From: Tubulanus polymorphus
Taxonomy: Eukaryota > Animalia > Nemertea
Length of the DNA stretch: 64,000 bases
Direction: 5' to 3'
Assembly: GCF_964204645.1 (NCBI RefSeq)
Contig: NC_134027.1
Location: 21,662,560 to 21,726,559 of the forward strand
Shown here: positions 25,401-34,045 of the stretch, piece after piece
Position numbering within the stretch: the first letter of the stretch is position 1
Layout: each line of letters opens with the position of its first letter
Translations under genes and position numbers: made by a program
Notes under the pieces: model-generated
What the model saw: the letters and a program-made list of their open reading frames with translations, nothing else
What the model was told of the DNA's origin: nothing
Database searches by the model: none

Positions 25401-28400
25401 AGTGAGTGCCCCCTTGGTTCTGAAGGTAAGCCCTCACTGTTGAATTGTCTGTGGCTAACCAAACGTGGTGGCCCTCCACTCTCCTGTGAAAGAACTTCAG
25501 GGCCTTCCACACGGCCAGCATTTCTAGGAAATTTATGTGGTTGGTGGCCTCGTAGCGAGACCATTTCCCGGCTTTGACTCGGTTCTCCAGATGTGCCCCC
25601 CAACCTTGGTGACTGGCATCCGTGAATACACGAACTGGAGCCTCTAACGGGGCTAGTGACACCCCGAGCCGAAGATTCGTAGTGGCCGCCCACCACTGAA
25701 GATCCGGACTTAGATCGGTTGGAGGTACGGGAATCAAGGCCTCCCAGTTGCCCTTCGACTGAGACCAGAAGACCTTCCAATATTGTTGCAAGCGCCTGCT
25801 TCTGAGGCGGCCTAAGGGCACCACCAGACCCATGGAGCTGATGGAGCCTAGAAGCCGTGACCAGTAACGAGCTGTTCTCGGGGTTGTGGACACTCCCGCT
25901 ACAGCTTCTTGAAGTTTGGCCACTCGAACCATAGACGGAAAGACTTTGCCGATTCGGAGATCGAAGTCCATGCCGAGATAAGTGAACTGTTGGGCCGGCG
26001 TCAACTGAGATTTTTCCCTGTTTACGCGGAACCCTAGCTGATGGACTAAGTCCAAGACTGAGGTCATTGCCTCCCGACATTCCTGAGCCGAATTCGCGAC
26101 TATTAACCAGTCGTCGAGGTAAACGAACAGTCGAACACCCCTTGACTGAAGTACCTTCTGAACTGACTTGACCAACTTGGTGAAAACCCACGGGGCCGTA
26201 CTGAGGCCAAATGGAAGAGACCTGAATTGGAACTGGCGGCCTTTCCACTTTATCCTGAGAAATCGCCGAGATTTTGGGTGAATTGGAACCTGCAAGTAAG
26301 CATCCTTCAGGTCCAATGAAGCCGCCCATTGACCCGGATGGAGCCCTTGAATCACGTCCTTGGGCTTGGTCATCCGGAACCTTGGAATGTCTAGGTGCCG
26401 ATTGAGGGATGACAGATCTATCACTGTCCGTTGACCCCCTGTGGCCTTTGGTACCATGAATATTCGAGAAAACCAGCCGAGCGAAATGCGCCTATAGGTG
26501 GATCGGTTGAACTAAAATATTTCCCAGATTTCATACCCCGTTCAGGAGGGGGAAATGAAAAAGTTCCAGGCCGACATTCACCCCATAATTGCGTATCCAA
26601 TCGAGCCCATTCTCTTGAAACCGCTGACGATTCCCGTAAAACGTTAAGATCGGAGTCCGGAGGGCGATAAGCTTCCATTGACTCACCGACCAGAGGAGCT
26701 GCTATGGGCTTAGCGCGAGTTGCCCCGTGCTTGACAAAGAACTCACTTATCATCGCTCTAAATGGCATGTCCCCCGCTGGTTCGGATAAAACTGAACGGG
26801 ACGGAGATACATTGCGAGCCAGGGAAGCCCCCATCGTCTGGGGCAACCCACAATTGCTTGCGACAGGAACGACCCCAGAAGGAATTGCCGCCTCTGGGAC
26901 CGGATCCTCATTGAAATCAGACCCTACCGCAGCATCCAGGAATTCAGAGTCAGAATTCCGAAAAACTGAGTGGGCTGGCGAACTTCTAACCAGACAATCA
27001 GGAATAGGCTTACCTGTTGTAGAAGTTGCAGCGACTTGTTGCGACGAAGATAACAAGTTTAAAATTTTCTCCTCAAATACATGGAAATCCTTCTGAGTCA
27101 GGTATTTTCCAGTATCCCGACGATCATGCCGACTTCGGTGACGGTCCCTCGAACGGGATCGCGACCTACTAGAAGAATCGCTTTCATCGCTAACCGACGT
27201 CGACGAACGATGAGAAGACCGACGGCGAAACTTCCGACAATAACGATCGTAGTCCCTCTCGCGATCAAACCTTGATCTGCGAGAAGGAGATCTTGCTCGT
27301 TTATTACGCTCACGGCGTCTAAATCTAGTGGGAGAGCGAGCTCTATCCCCGGAGCGACGATCAGAATCAGACGATGAACGTACCGGATGTTTTGAACCGG
27401 ACGACGTCTGGACCGGACCGGTGGCCGAACCGGACCGATGCCCGACCCGGTACCGACCGAACCGGTGCGGGCCGTTCGCGACTACCGCGGCGCGCGCTCG
27501 GTTCCGAACATGTAGTCTGAACCGGCCGAACCGGCCGAACCGGTGAACGACCAGAGACCGGTGAATGACCGGAGACCGGTGCCGGTGAACGACCAGAGAC
27601 CGGTGAATGACCGGAGACCGGTGCCGGTGAACCAGCGTTCCTCCCCGGTGAACGGAGTTGGGAAGCCGATCGTACCTGAACGACCGGCGACCGCTCCGCT
27701 TTACGATAAGAAACAGGATTAGAAACGTCGGTTGGCACATCGGCCGAAACCGACGAATCCCTGCTAACTCGACGACGATCTCTTAGTTTAAGAGCCTTAT
27801 CGGCCCGAAGCCAAAGGTCCTCGGACCACACGACGCAAATATTGCAAGGATTGCTCCTTGCACATATTTGACCGGATTTGCGCCTGCACGACGCACATGA
27901 ATCGTGGTTGTCCCAGGCGCCAAACAAATGCCCGCATCCCTCCCCGCCACGATGCTGACCCTTAGGAGGGGGTGGCATAATAATTATCCTGTTACAAATC
28001 AAAACAATTCAATTCAATTCAATCAAATTATATTTGTAAATAAAATTCTTACGGAAAAAAAGAAATCAGGGATAACCCCCAAACCGAACGGACTCACCGT
28101 TACGAGAGTGAAAACTCCCTAATATCCTAATTCCCAGATTTTTACGGCGAAAAAATCCAACGCGTTCTACTGCGAGAACGCCAAGAAAAAAGATGGCGGA
28201 TTTCGCCGGTGGCTAAATGCAATACCGCAGGGCCGGGTCGTATAGAAAAACCATTGGCGATAAATCCAAATTTAGAAAATATTGGCAAAAACCATAGGAA
28301 AGGGTACAGTACTCGATGGAAATACAGGCTAGTGGCGTAGCCAATCACGTTTGGAACACTGGTCATCGTATTAATTTTGATAAAACTGAAATTATTTATA

Positions 28401-30526
28401 CTTCCAGCAATTACACTAAACGCCACACAGTTGAGTCTGCCCTAATTACTCGTCACTCAGATATTAGTACCAATTTGAATAATTCCCTTCCTTCTAAGTA
28501 TATTACTTCATGCCTTGCCAAACACTAATTATTTACTCACTCACCAATTTACTCAATTAACCTGTTTTCCTCTGTATACATATACCCCTGTTTTTAGTCA
28601 ATATCTCACACCTGACGATGATCTCTAGGGTGAGATCGAAACGTCGTATTTTTAAATTTTAGATTGTTTCAATAAATAAATTCTCGATTTTAGATTTCTT
28701 TTAATTTGTAAATAGTGGGTTTTTTATCTTATCACTATGGTGGATGATTGAGGATTTACCCATACGGGTAACTTTTTGATTCAGTACATGAAACTGGGCC
28801 CAGATCAATTTCCCTGAAAAAAGCACTATCATTTGATTTTATTAAAAAATAATTTTCTGATTTCTGGTTACCTTCTTGTTTAAAAGCAGCCGGCCTAACT
28901 GACGGCCTATAAATTTATCTTAGACCATCATTGACTTTTCAAATGTATGTATGTAGGCTATATTTATTTTATTATTGTGACATGTAGTTATAAGTTTCTT
29001 TTTTTTTTCGAAATTTTTTATACAAACACATATATTTTTCGACACTACCCAGCCCTCAACAGGCTTATAAGTCACCAATCATACTAATTAAATTTAACGA
29101 CAGATAGATTCAAGTGGTACCGAAAATACATAAACTCCTTTTACTCCAACATTGTTCGATAAAAGTTGCTAGAGTAATTTGATAGTTAGCCATTAATATT
29201 TGAAACTGTCATTGTTTTGTCATCTCTTGGAAGCCTGGTACCTGCTGTGACATATCAACAAAAAGTTTATGCCGTTCTTGTTTGTATTTCTTACATGACA
29301 TAATAAAGTGAAATTAATCTTCAACGCAGGCTCCAGGTCTACAATAAGTAACATATGCGTTCCTCAACCCTTTTACCCCTAAACCGACCCAATTCTATTT
29401 CCAAACCTAGGACACCACGCCTTAGCTGTGCTAATAAGCTTCTCTTCTTTCTTGACATAAATTTCATAATATAGTTTTCAGCCCCGAAAGTATTCTTAAA
29501 TGTAATATACGTGCGTAATTTTGGTTTATTATTAACTTCAGAAATCCATCGCTCGCTAATTGATAATTCAATACACCTTTGTGCGTACTTCATATCAACT
29601 CGTTGTAAATTATCTATGAAGTCAGTATTTAAACCGAGGCTTCGACATAAGTTTCTGAAATTTCGGAACCACCCAGTAGTATTCAAATCACGTAATTGGA
29701 GAAATGTACGTTTGGTGAATCTATCATCCACCATAGCGATAAGTCTATCCCAGAGAGGATAAATTTCAAAATAATGCTTATAGGCCTACTTTGCTGGATA
29801 CCATCCGAATTCACCCTGCATTGCCGCAATGGGGGTTAATGACCCCACACCGAGAAAAAATCTAATGGCTCTAGTTTGCACCCTTTCTATCAGTTTATCA
29901 TTCTTAAAAAAATATTTCACTTTAACATCTTTGACAACATCCATGAATTATTAGTCTTATTAATACGACTAGTGAACTGTGCAGTTTCAAAAGACCATCG
30001 TTTTAGGCTAAAAAAATTGATACCTTGTTTCACTACCCTGCTGGAGGTCGGAACGACCACAGTTAAGGTGTCCATAATGGTTATGTACCTTAACCTTACC
30101 ATAACACTATTATTTAATGACACTAGTGCAACACGGTGGAAGGTGACCTACAGTTAGACCGAAGCGAAATAGGCCCTCGGACCTTAGTAGTAGTCCTATC
30201 CCAAAAATTTTGAATCTGATGTCTTGATGTCGACCCACAAAAATAAATAACACTTGAAAAACAACTTATTGCCTATTGAACAATGGTGACCTAAGTTAAG
30301 TTGAAGCTTTGGTCAATTCATCGATTGATGAGTTGAAATTGAACGACAAAACATGCATTTGCAACAGTAACAACAACTGGCCCAGATAATGAATAAATAT
30401 GTATTGTGATTGTATTTACCTGGAATCGCGGAGTGCTGTTTTAGCGACGAAATCGATAGCAGCAAAGATGAAATAGTCGATAACCGTATAGAATATAAAC
30501 CCGTAGAGCTCAGAGAAGAACCCCAT
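15413..30526 (-). CDS. Ubiquitin-specific protease (peptidase C19) with N-terminal hydrophobic segments; join complement(15413..16441,17458..17567,18294..18916,20338..20682,30420..30526), ~737 aa
   Basis: Cys box PPGLKNDDDENLCFMNSILQCL, QQDASEFL, His box LYGLCVHLG..CGHYIAF, WYKFDD, NSYILFF. All four introns are GT-AG with matching phases (2,2,1,0); total 2214 nt is divisible by 3. Confidence 0.85.
17458..17567 (-). CDS. USP exon 4
   Basis: ttattag|GTGCA...CGCGAG|gtaaga; phase 1 to 0 bridges the flanking exons. Confidence 0.8.
18294..18916 (-). CDS. USP exon 3 (Cys box, QQDA motif)
   Basis: ttttcag|G...TCGG|gtaagt; open frame containing NLCFMNSILQCL. Confidence 0.9.
19477..20145 (+). mobile_element. 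Mutator-like (MULE) transposon remnant
   Basis: Terminal repeats ggacaattaccccc(n) / gggggaattgtcc. 19793-19984 translates IDILKREEALNELEINQMIGGQAPPPMRRKY...LDYSHGIAHNIRV*, resembling invertebrate MULE transposase C-termini (recognised from memory, not searched). Confidence 0.6.
20150..20284 (+). mobile_element. SINE/LINE-derived 3' end fragment
   Basis: cccagggag...gagcgcatttga...gcgctatataaa...tattatt resembles L2-mobilised SINE tails. Confidence 0.45.
20338..20682 (-). CDS. USP exon 2 (hydrophobic segments, Gln-rich tract)
   Basis: caattttag|G...CG|gtcagt; VWLYEALVLFILGVVIYLV..ILFVISFATVFYAAI; same CG-rich codon usage as the other exons. Confidence 0.8.
21102..21567. mobile_element. MITE with ~45-bp TIRs
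   Basis: agctaagcatacatcgacaaagcgactggagacaactagttgc / gcaactagttgtctccaatcgcagtgtcgatgtgcgctaggct; internal cacatcgac repeats. Confidence 0.75.
21837..21878 (-). ncRNA. Hammerhead ribozyme in inverted pLTR, core mutated (GAAA->AAAA)
   Basis: Minus strand acgc-CTGACGA-tgatctctagggtgagatc-AAAAC-GTC. Confidence 0.6.
21944..23197 (+). pseudogene. PLE RT + N-terminal part of GIY-YIG, multiple frameshifts
   Basis: YGLPKIDKPNSPLRPIIS, FDAISLFT, LGNPLSPILAN, frameshifted YVDD (tatgtcgatgac ~22500), IPFLDV, CGVYKIPCFGCDKIYFGETGRDLKTRISEH. Confidence 0.9.
23240..23361. repeat. DIRS inverted terminal repeat (3' copy)
   Basis: Reverse complement of 28185-28306; identical by eye over 122 bp. Confidence 0.93.
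23420..23516. repeat. DIRS internal complementary region (ICR)
   Basis: 23420-23476 is complementary to the terminus starting at 23198; 23477-23516 is complementary to the terminus ending at 28324. Confidence 0.93.
23777..26329 (-). CDS. DIRS tyrosine recombinase (conserved domain in the last ~350 aa, ~24850-23777); frame overlaps the RT ORF
   Basis: SAM-like STSTIYDAKW..FL..TIKGYRSAIS; catalytic residues in SARRSEI, CPVRAL, HQVRSMATS, FWNSPSTFTSFY. Confidence 0.92.
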   Translation of the reverse strand: MGGFIGPEGCLLAGSNSPKISAISQDKVERPPVPIQVSSIWPQYGPVGFHQVGQVSSEGTSVKGCSTVRLPRRLVNSREFGSGMSGGNDLSLGLSPSARVPRKQGKISVDAGPTVHLSRHGLRSPNRQSLSVYGSSGQTSRSCSGSVHNPENSSLLVTASRLHQLHGSGGALRPPQKQALATILEGLLVSVEGQLGGLDSRTSNRSKSGSSVVGGHYESSARGVTSPVRGSSSCIHGCQSPRLGGTSGEPSQSREMVSLRGHQPHKFPRNAGRVEGPEVLSQESGGPPRLVSHRQFNSEGLPSEPRGHSLRNPHRSVGQNSSLVPDKGRVPDCGTFSREKERDGRCSVSSRSSYCDRMGSPPRSSRSGSGHFWQSAAGSVCHPVQSEVSSVCVPVSRRGSVGGRCLLSGLVGDACVCVPAHTSPAAPTGSNREISQLQHSSGSTMLAGSEMVPTTSQPTVRQPQDSSEFPIASVSGDLSASSKQPVVKSARLAIVQRSLSASGFSEQAASFIAGSKRPSTSTIYDAKWSHFADWCAAGEIDPCSPSVAQLADFLLHLFVAKGLQVITIKGYRSAISHTLRASGWPNVAGDHRISQLVAGFSISRPRVTRTVPPWDLSVILKKLMEAPFEPLSAASFANLSKKTVFLLFLACSARRSEIHALSVRQGHIVFGPANEFVSLRPALEFLAKNQRPGSVGRQWRIEALKHRVEPGIPDRTLCPVRALCFYLDRSASRRGSRERLFIPLLDHLKGDISRDTVARWVSSMIKDILLKENLSSEGVVSHQVRSMATSCAAFSGAPLEEVCRAAFWNSPSTFTSFYLRDVSGQLGSLASLGPVVMAQGVRSFRSDPLV
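24688..26457 (-). CDS. DIRS RT - RNase H - N6-adenine methyltransferase-like polyprotein (N-terminus missing)
   Basis: LDLKDAYLQVPI, LPFGLSTAP, YLDDWL, FTDASHQGWG, HINFLEM, TDNSTV, NVMADALSR, DLFAT...AYAFPP. Confidence 0.95.
   Translation of the reverse strand: MVPKATGGQRTVIDLSSLNRHLDIPRFRMTKPKDVIQGLHPGQWAASLDLKDAYLQVPIHPKSRRFLRIKWKGRQFQFRSLPFGLSTAPWVFTKLVKSVQKVLQSRGVRLFVYLDDWLIVANSAQECREAMTSVLDLVHQLGFRVNREKSQLTPAQQFTYLGMDFDLRIGKVFPSMVRVAKLQEAVAGVSTTPRTARYWSRLLGSISSMGLVVPLGRLRSRRLQQYWKVFWSQSKGNWEALIPVPPTDLSPDLQWWAATTNLRLGVSLAPLEAPVRVFTDASHQGWGAHLENRVKAGKWSRYEATNHINFLEMLAVWKALKFFHRRVEGHHVWLATDNSTVRAYLQNQGGTHSETLTGLSAKILLWCQTKGVSLTVAHLAGKRNVMADALSRRGQAIATEWVLHQEVADRVRGIFGNPLLDLFATRFNRRCPLFVSPFPDAEAWGVDAFSLDWSGMHAYAFPPTPVLPRLLDQIERSVNCNIVLVAPCWPAQKWFLPLLNLLCDNPRILPNFPLLLSQGIFRHHPNSQWLNLLAWPLSSDPCQLQAFQNRLPPLSQDLSGHQQVPFTMPNGVILRIGVLQGKLIHAHPL
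26421..27978 (-). pseudogene. DIRS gag-like ORF1 (N-terminal Cys/His finger, Arg/Ser-rich region), frameshifted and truncated
   Basis: CGH..HDSCASC..C..PCNIC..W in 27367..28002 continues as the RS-rich frame 26421..27740; 42-bp tandem duplication near 27541-27625. Confidence 0.8.
28185..28306. repeat. DIRS inverted terminal repeat (5' copy)
   Basis: gaaaaaagatggcgg...ccataggaaagggta, inverse of 23240-23361. Confidence 0.93.
28325..28528 (+). pseudogene. PLE GIY-YIG C-terminal part, resuming after DIRS
   Basis: QASGVANHVWNTGHRINFDKTEII...RHTVESALI...NLN; in frame with 23078-23197 once DIRS is removed. Confidence 0.88.
28608..28649 (+). ncRNA. Minimal hammerhead ribozyme in PLE 3' pLTR
   Basis: acac-CTGACGA-t-gatctc(tagggt)gagatc-GAAAC-GTC-gtat. 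Confidence 0.82.
28945..29880 (-). mobile_element. 3' fragment of an RTE-X-like LINE
   Basis: RAIRFFLGV..PIAAMQGEFGW, KPKLRTY..FK, RSLLAQLRRGVLGLEIELGRF..ERIC; AATAAA plus (TACA)n tail near 28945-28975. Confidence 0.75.
30420..30526 (-). CDS. USP exon 1 (start MGFFSELYGFIF...)
   Basis: ATG at 30526, ends TCCAG|gtaaat in phase 2 matching exon 2; lies just downstream of promoter-like motifs. Confidence 0.7.
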
Positions 30527-30599
30527 AGTTCTACATCGACGATACAAACATTCTATACCCGTCGCCGCAAATAAACATTTCGTTATTTTCAAAATATCC

Positions 30600-31093
30600 G
30601 GCAAAATGGCGGTTGTACGAGTGCGCAGGCGTCGTGACCCACTTACGGAAATGGATGTTCCGATTGATATTGTGCGATTCGTAACTTGTAAAAAATACTT
30701 TAGTTTCTGTTAAAAAAAATTTAAATATACTTGCTAGATTTTTTAAATATGTAAGTTATGTTCACTTACGTACAATCAAGTTTATTCAAATTGTTGGATG
30801 AACGAAAACGTTTTATTCTATGACTAAATAATTCTTATTAACCCGTTTCTCTAGATGAATCTACGAGCAATTATCTGAACGCTCGTAGGATGAATGGACT
30901 GAACCATTACTGAGAAGTTGTAGTTTTCGAAAACTGATAAAAGTAGTGCCAATAAAGGAAATTGAATTCAATTGAGAATGTTCCGATTGATGTTCCGATG
31001 AATTTTTCCAGGGATGTTCCGATTGTAAAAACCAAGATGTCGACCTGTTGAAGTGAGGTTGCAGGACGTGAACGTAGATTCTTCTAAATTAAG
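30600..31093. promoter_or_regulatory. Putative bidirectional promoter (USP on minus; non-coding first exon of a plus-strand gene)
   Basis: YY1-like AAAATGGCGG (30603), NRF1-like TGCGCAGGCG (30622), four ATGTTCCGAT copies, plus-strand donor AAG|GTAGGT at 31093/31094. Confidence 0.5.
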
Positions 31094-33567
31094 GTAGGTC
31101 TTCTCGGGTGATTTCATTACTAATAGTTCGGTGTACAAACTAATCGAAGAAACTGGGATTAAAATTGTTTTGGTGAATCGGTGTTCCTTGCGTAGCAGAT
31201 CAATAGGGGGGCAAGCCCAAAATTTAGATTTTCATGAATCGATGAATGAAGAGAATAATAAGTCATTTTGAATTGAATTGAATTTTTGTTGCACTGTCAA
31301 AATTGGCCTAACTCGCGTTATTAGCAGCCCCTGTCCTATGGTGGGTGCGTGTGCTGAAATATTTTTAAAATCTGTTCTACTAAATTTTTAATCGAGGAAA
31401 GCGAAGTGTTGCATAGGCCTAAGACTCTCGTTGTCGATGATGCTTGTGTGAAACAGCAGCATCTGTCACCTGTCCGATCTTGTGACACAAGTCATCATGA
31501 TAGATAATACATACTGCAAGCGTTTTTTGATCATTCGTAAAATTGGTACCTGCCTTGATGTGGAAAACATGAGCCATGTTTAATTTGGCCTGGTCAAAAA
31601 AATATTGCATCCAAGCCGCGGGCTAGATTTTAGGATAGTTAGGCTATAGTCGCCTAATCGTTGATAGTAAGTTTTCATTATCGGATGGGCTTATACCATA
31701 CCTTGTGTTGTGGTTTGTGAAAATATCCGATCATGGAACTAAACCACAGACCAGGTTACTGACTAGATTTTAGCACAGCTGACAACGAATTCCACGGTAT
31801 GTGAATGTAAACATTACCTATTTCTGGAAGTGACTCACCTCGCTAACCACAGCATCATTTTGATTGCATTGATATAGGCCTAGGACCTGTGTGAGAATGC
31901 CCTTTCAAATTAGCACAAGCTAAATATGCCTTAGGCCTGGTTGGGGCCAAATCGTCTCCATGTGACTGGGTTTTAAACAGCTACTTATACCTAGCTAGCG
32001 AGTCAAGGTCAGAATGCTAAAATTTAGATGATGCCTCAGACGGGCTTTTGGTTTCTGTCATTCATGCTCTCCGTGTGAAGTTTTAATGTAATTTCGTTAA
32101 TAATCAGTGAACCTATAGGGCCTATTAATACATTGTGGTGATTTTCAAGGTTATAGGCTTTTACTATTTTCACCAGGGGTTGTAATGGTGAAAGTAGGCC
32201 TACGTAGTATTTTCATTGGTAGTTTTGGATGTATGCCGATTTTGTTCCCTATCCCGCGATCAATGGGGAACCGGCACACCAGCTATCCTGTCAGATAGCG
32301 CCGCTGAGATATCAGACGCACTCGATCAAAAATTAGTCCATTTTCAAGTAACTTTGATCTCAGTTTTCGGTCTTCCAAAAATTAGGCAAATCACGCATCG
32401 AAATAAACTCTGATTAGTGCGTCGGCGTCATATTGTACACTAGCGACACCTGGCGGATTATGATGGAGTTCCGCTTGCCACAGTAGCGCTGCCAGTACCC
32501 CATTGCAAAATTGTGGCTTATGACTATTCTATAGTTGTGGCGAGTTTCATCGGTTTCTGTATGTTCACTAGGGGCATCGAAGAATGTTGAAATTTTCAGA
32601 TCGTTAAGTAGTTCAGACCATGGTCTCCATGGTCCTCTAGTTTATCCCTGTTACAATTTTGGTAAGCCTGCGAGTTTTTTTTTTTTTTAATCCAATTTTG
32701 ATAGGTCTCAGATTTTAAGTAGGCCTACAACCTTTACTGAACAATGATTAGAAAAATATGGTGCAAGTTAGTAATGGTTTAGAATTAGAATAGTGAGTTC
32801 ATTTCCAATGTTTTTGAAAGCCATAGAGAACTAAGGTCAGGCTATAGGCATATAAATCCAGATTGATTATTATTGACTGATTTCTAATATAACCGGTTAG
32901 TTAGTTCAAGACCCCTTTACTACTTTACTGACCGCTGAGATGTTATTATTATTAGGCCTATTATTATTGTTGTTAATCTAAGCGTTGAGTTACACATGAG
33001 TAAGGGGCCGTTGACCGACTATTGACCGACTATTGACCGACTATTGACCGTTGGATCACTTAGCAAATCCAACATTTTCTCATGACTTATTTCTTGGTTG
33101 AATTTTTGAATAGCAGCATTTTTGTTGACCGTGTCTATGTGAGGTCAAATATGGAAATCCCGTCTGATTTGCGTGGAAATTTTTTTAATCTCATCAACAC
33201 TTTGTACATGTATAAGGCTCTCAAGTTTCGAGAAAAAGAGAAAACAAAAATACAAAAAAATGCACATTCAATTGAGAAACCTATTTATATGCATAATTAT
33301 TTAAGGACATGGATTCAAAGTTACATGAAAGCTACATGAATTAGCAGGTACAATAATGGTTAATTAGGTCTTTTATCTCATTTTTGCCAAATTGAAACTC
33401 AGGGGATGGATAAAGTAGAACATAAACCAAGTCAAAAATATGCTGGGCTGCTTCAATATATTCAACCGTGGGTAGTGAGAGCTGTATATCAGGAATAATG
33501 GTTTAGAATAGAAATCTGTTAAATCTATATCTAATAGAAATACGGATACAATGTAAGAATTACAATG

Positions 33568-34045
33568 CAGTCAAAGCTCGTAATACCGCCAAATTCACCT
33601 ATCGCCAAGAATTTCCTTGTGCGCAGTTCATTTGATATCTATATGTATGTAAATAGTTCTCTTTAAACCACCTCTCACCCTCCGCCAGAACGCCAACAAA
33701 ATCCTAGAACGGTCTTATCTTCAAACTCATAGAGAAAATAGTAGTTACACCGCCAACTATCTTCTATCAATGACGTTTCCAGTCTTTTGGTTAGGAATCG
33801 ATACATATGATTTGCAGTTTCACACATCTACTGTTTAATTTTTCCTATTATCTAAATGAAATGAGCTAAGACCTTAACCCTTTCCTAAATTAAGATCAAC
33901 TAATGTCTAATTCTGGATTTGGTTAATAGTCATGTCTTCTTTACTTTGTCAACTCTAATGATCACCATTTCGTTATACCGCCACATTCGTTAAATCGTCG
34001 AAATTTTGATGGTCCCAGGGCTGGCATTATAACAAGCTTTGACTG
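33568..34045. mobile_element. Tc1/mariner-like MITE
   Basis: cagtcaaagctcgtaataccgcc ... ggcattataacaagctttgactg-TA. Confidence 0.7.

Larger units (their letters stand above)
23198..28324 (-). mobile_element. DIRS1-type tyrosine-recombinase retrotransposon
   Basis: gag-like, RT/RNase H/methyltransferase-like and YR ORFs; 122-bp ITRs; internal complementary region defining both termini; no TSD. Confidence 0.96.
21751..28733 (+). mobile_element. Penelope-like element with inverted 5' pLTR and 3' pLTR, interrupted by a DIRS element; in USP intron 1
   Basis: 21790-21947 is the reverse complement of the 3' pLTR (~28536-28733). Decayed RT/GIY-YIG lies between. Probable 12-bp TSD actaaggtggat (21739-21750) / actatggtggat (28734-28745). 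Confidence 0.88.
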
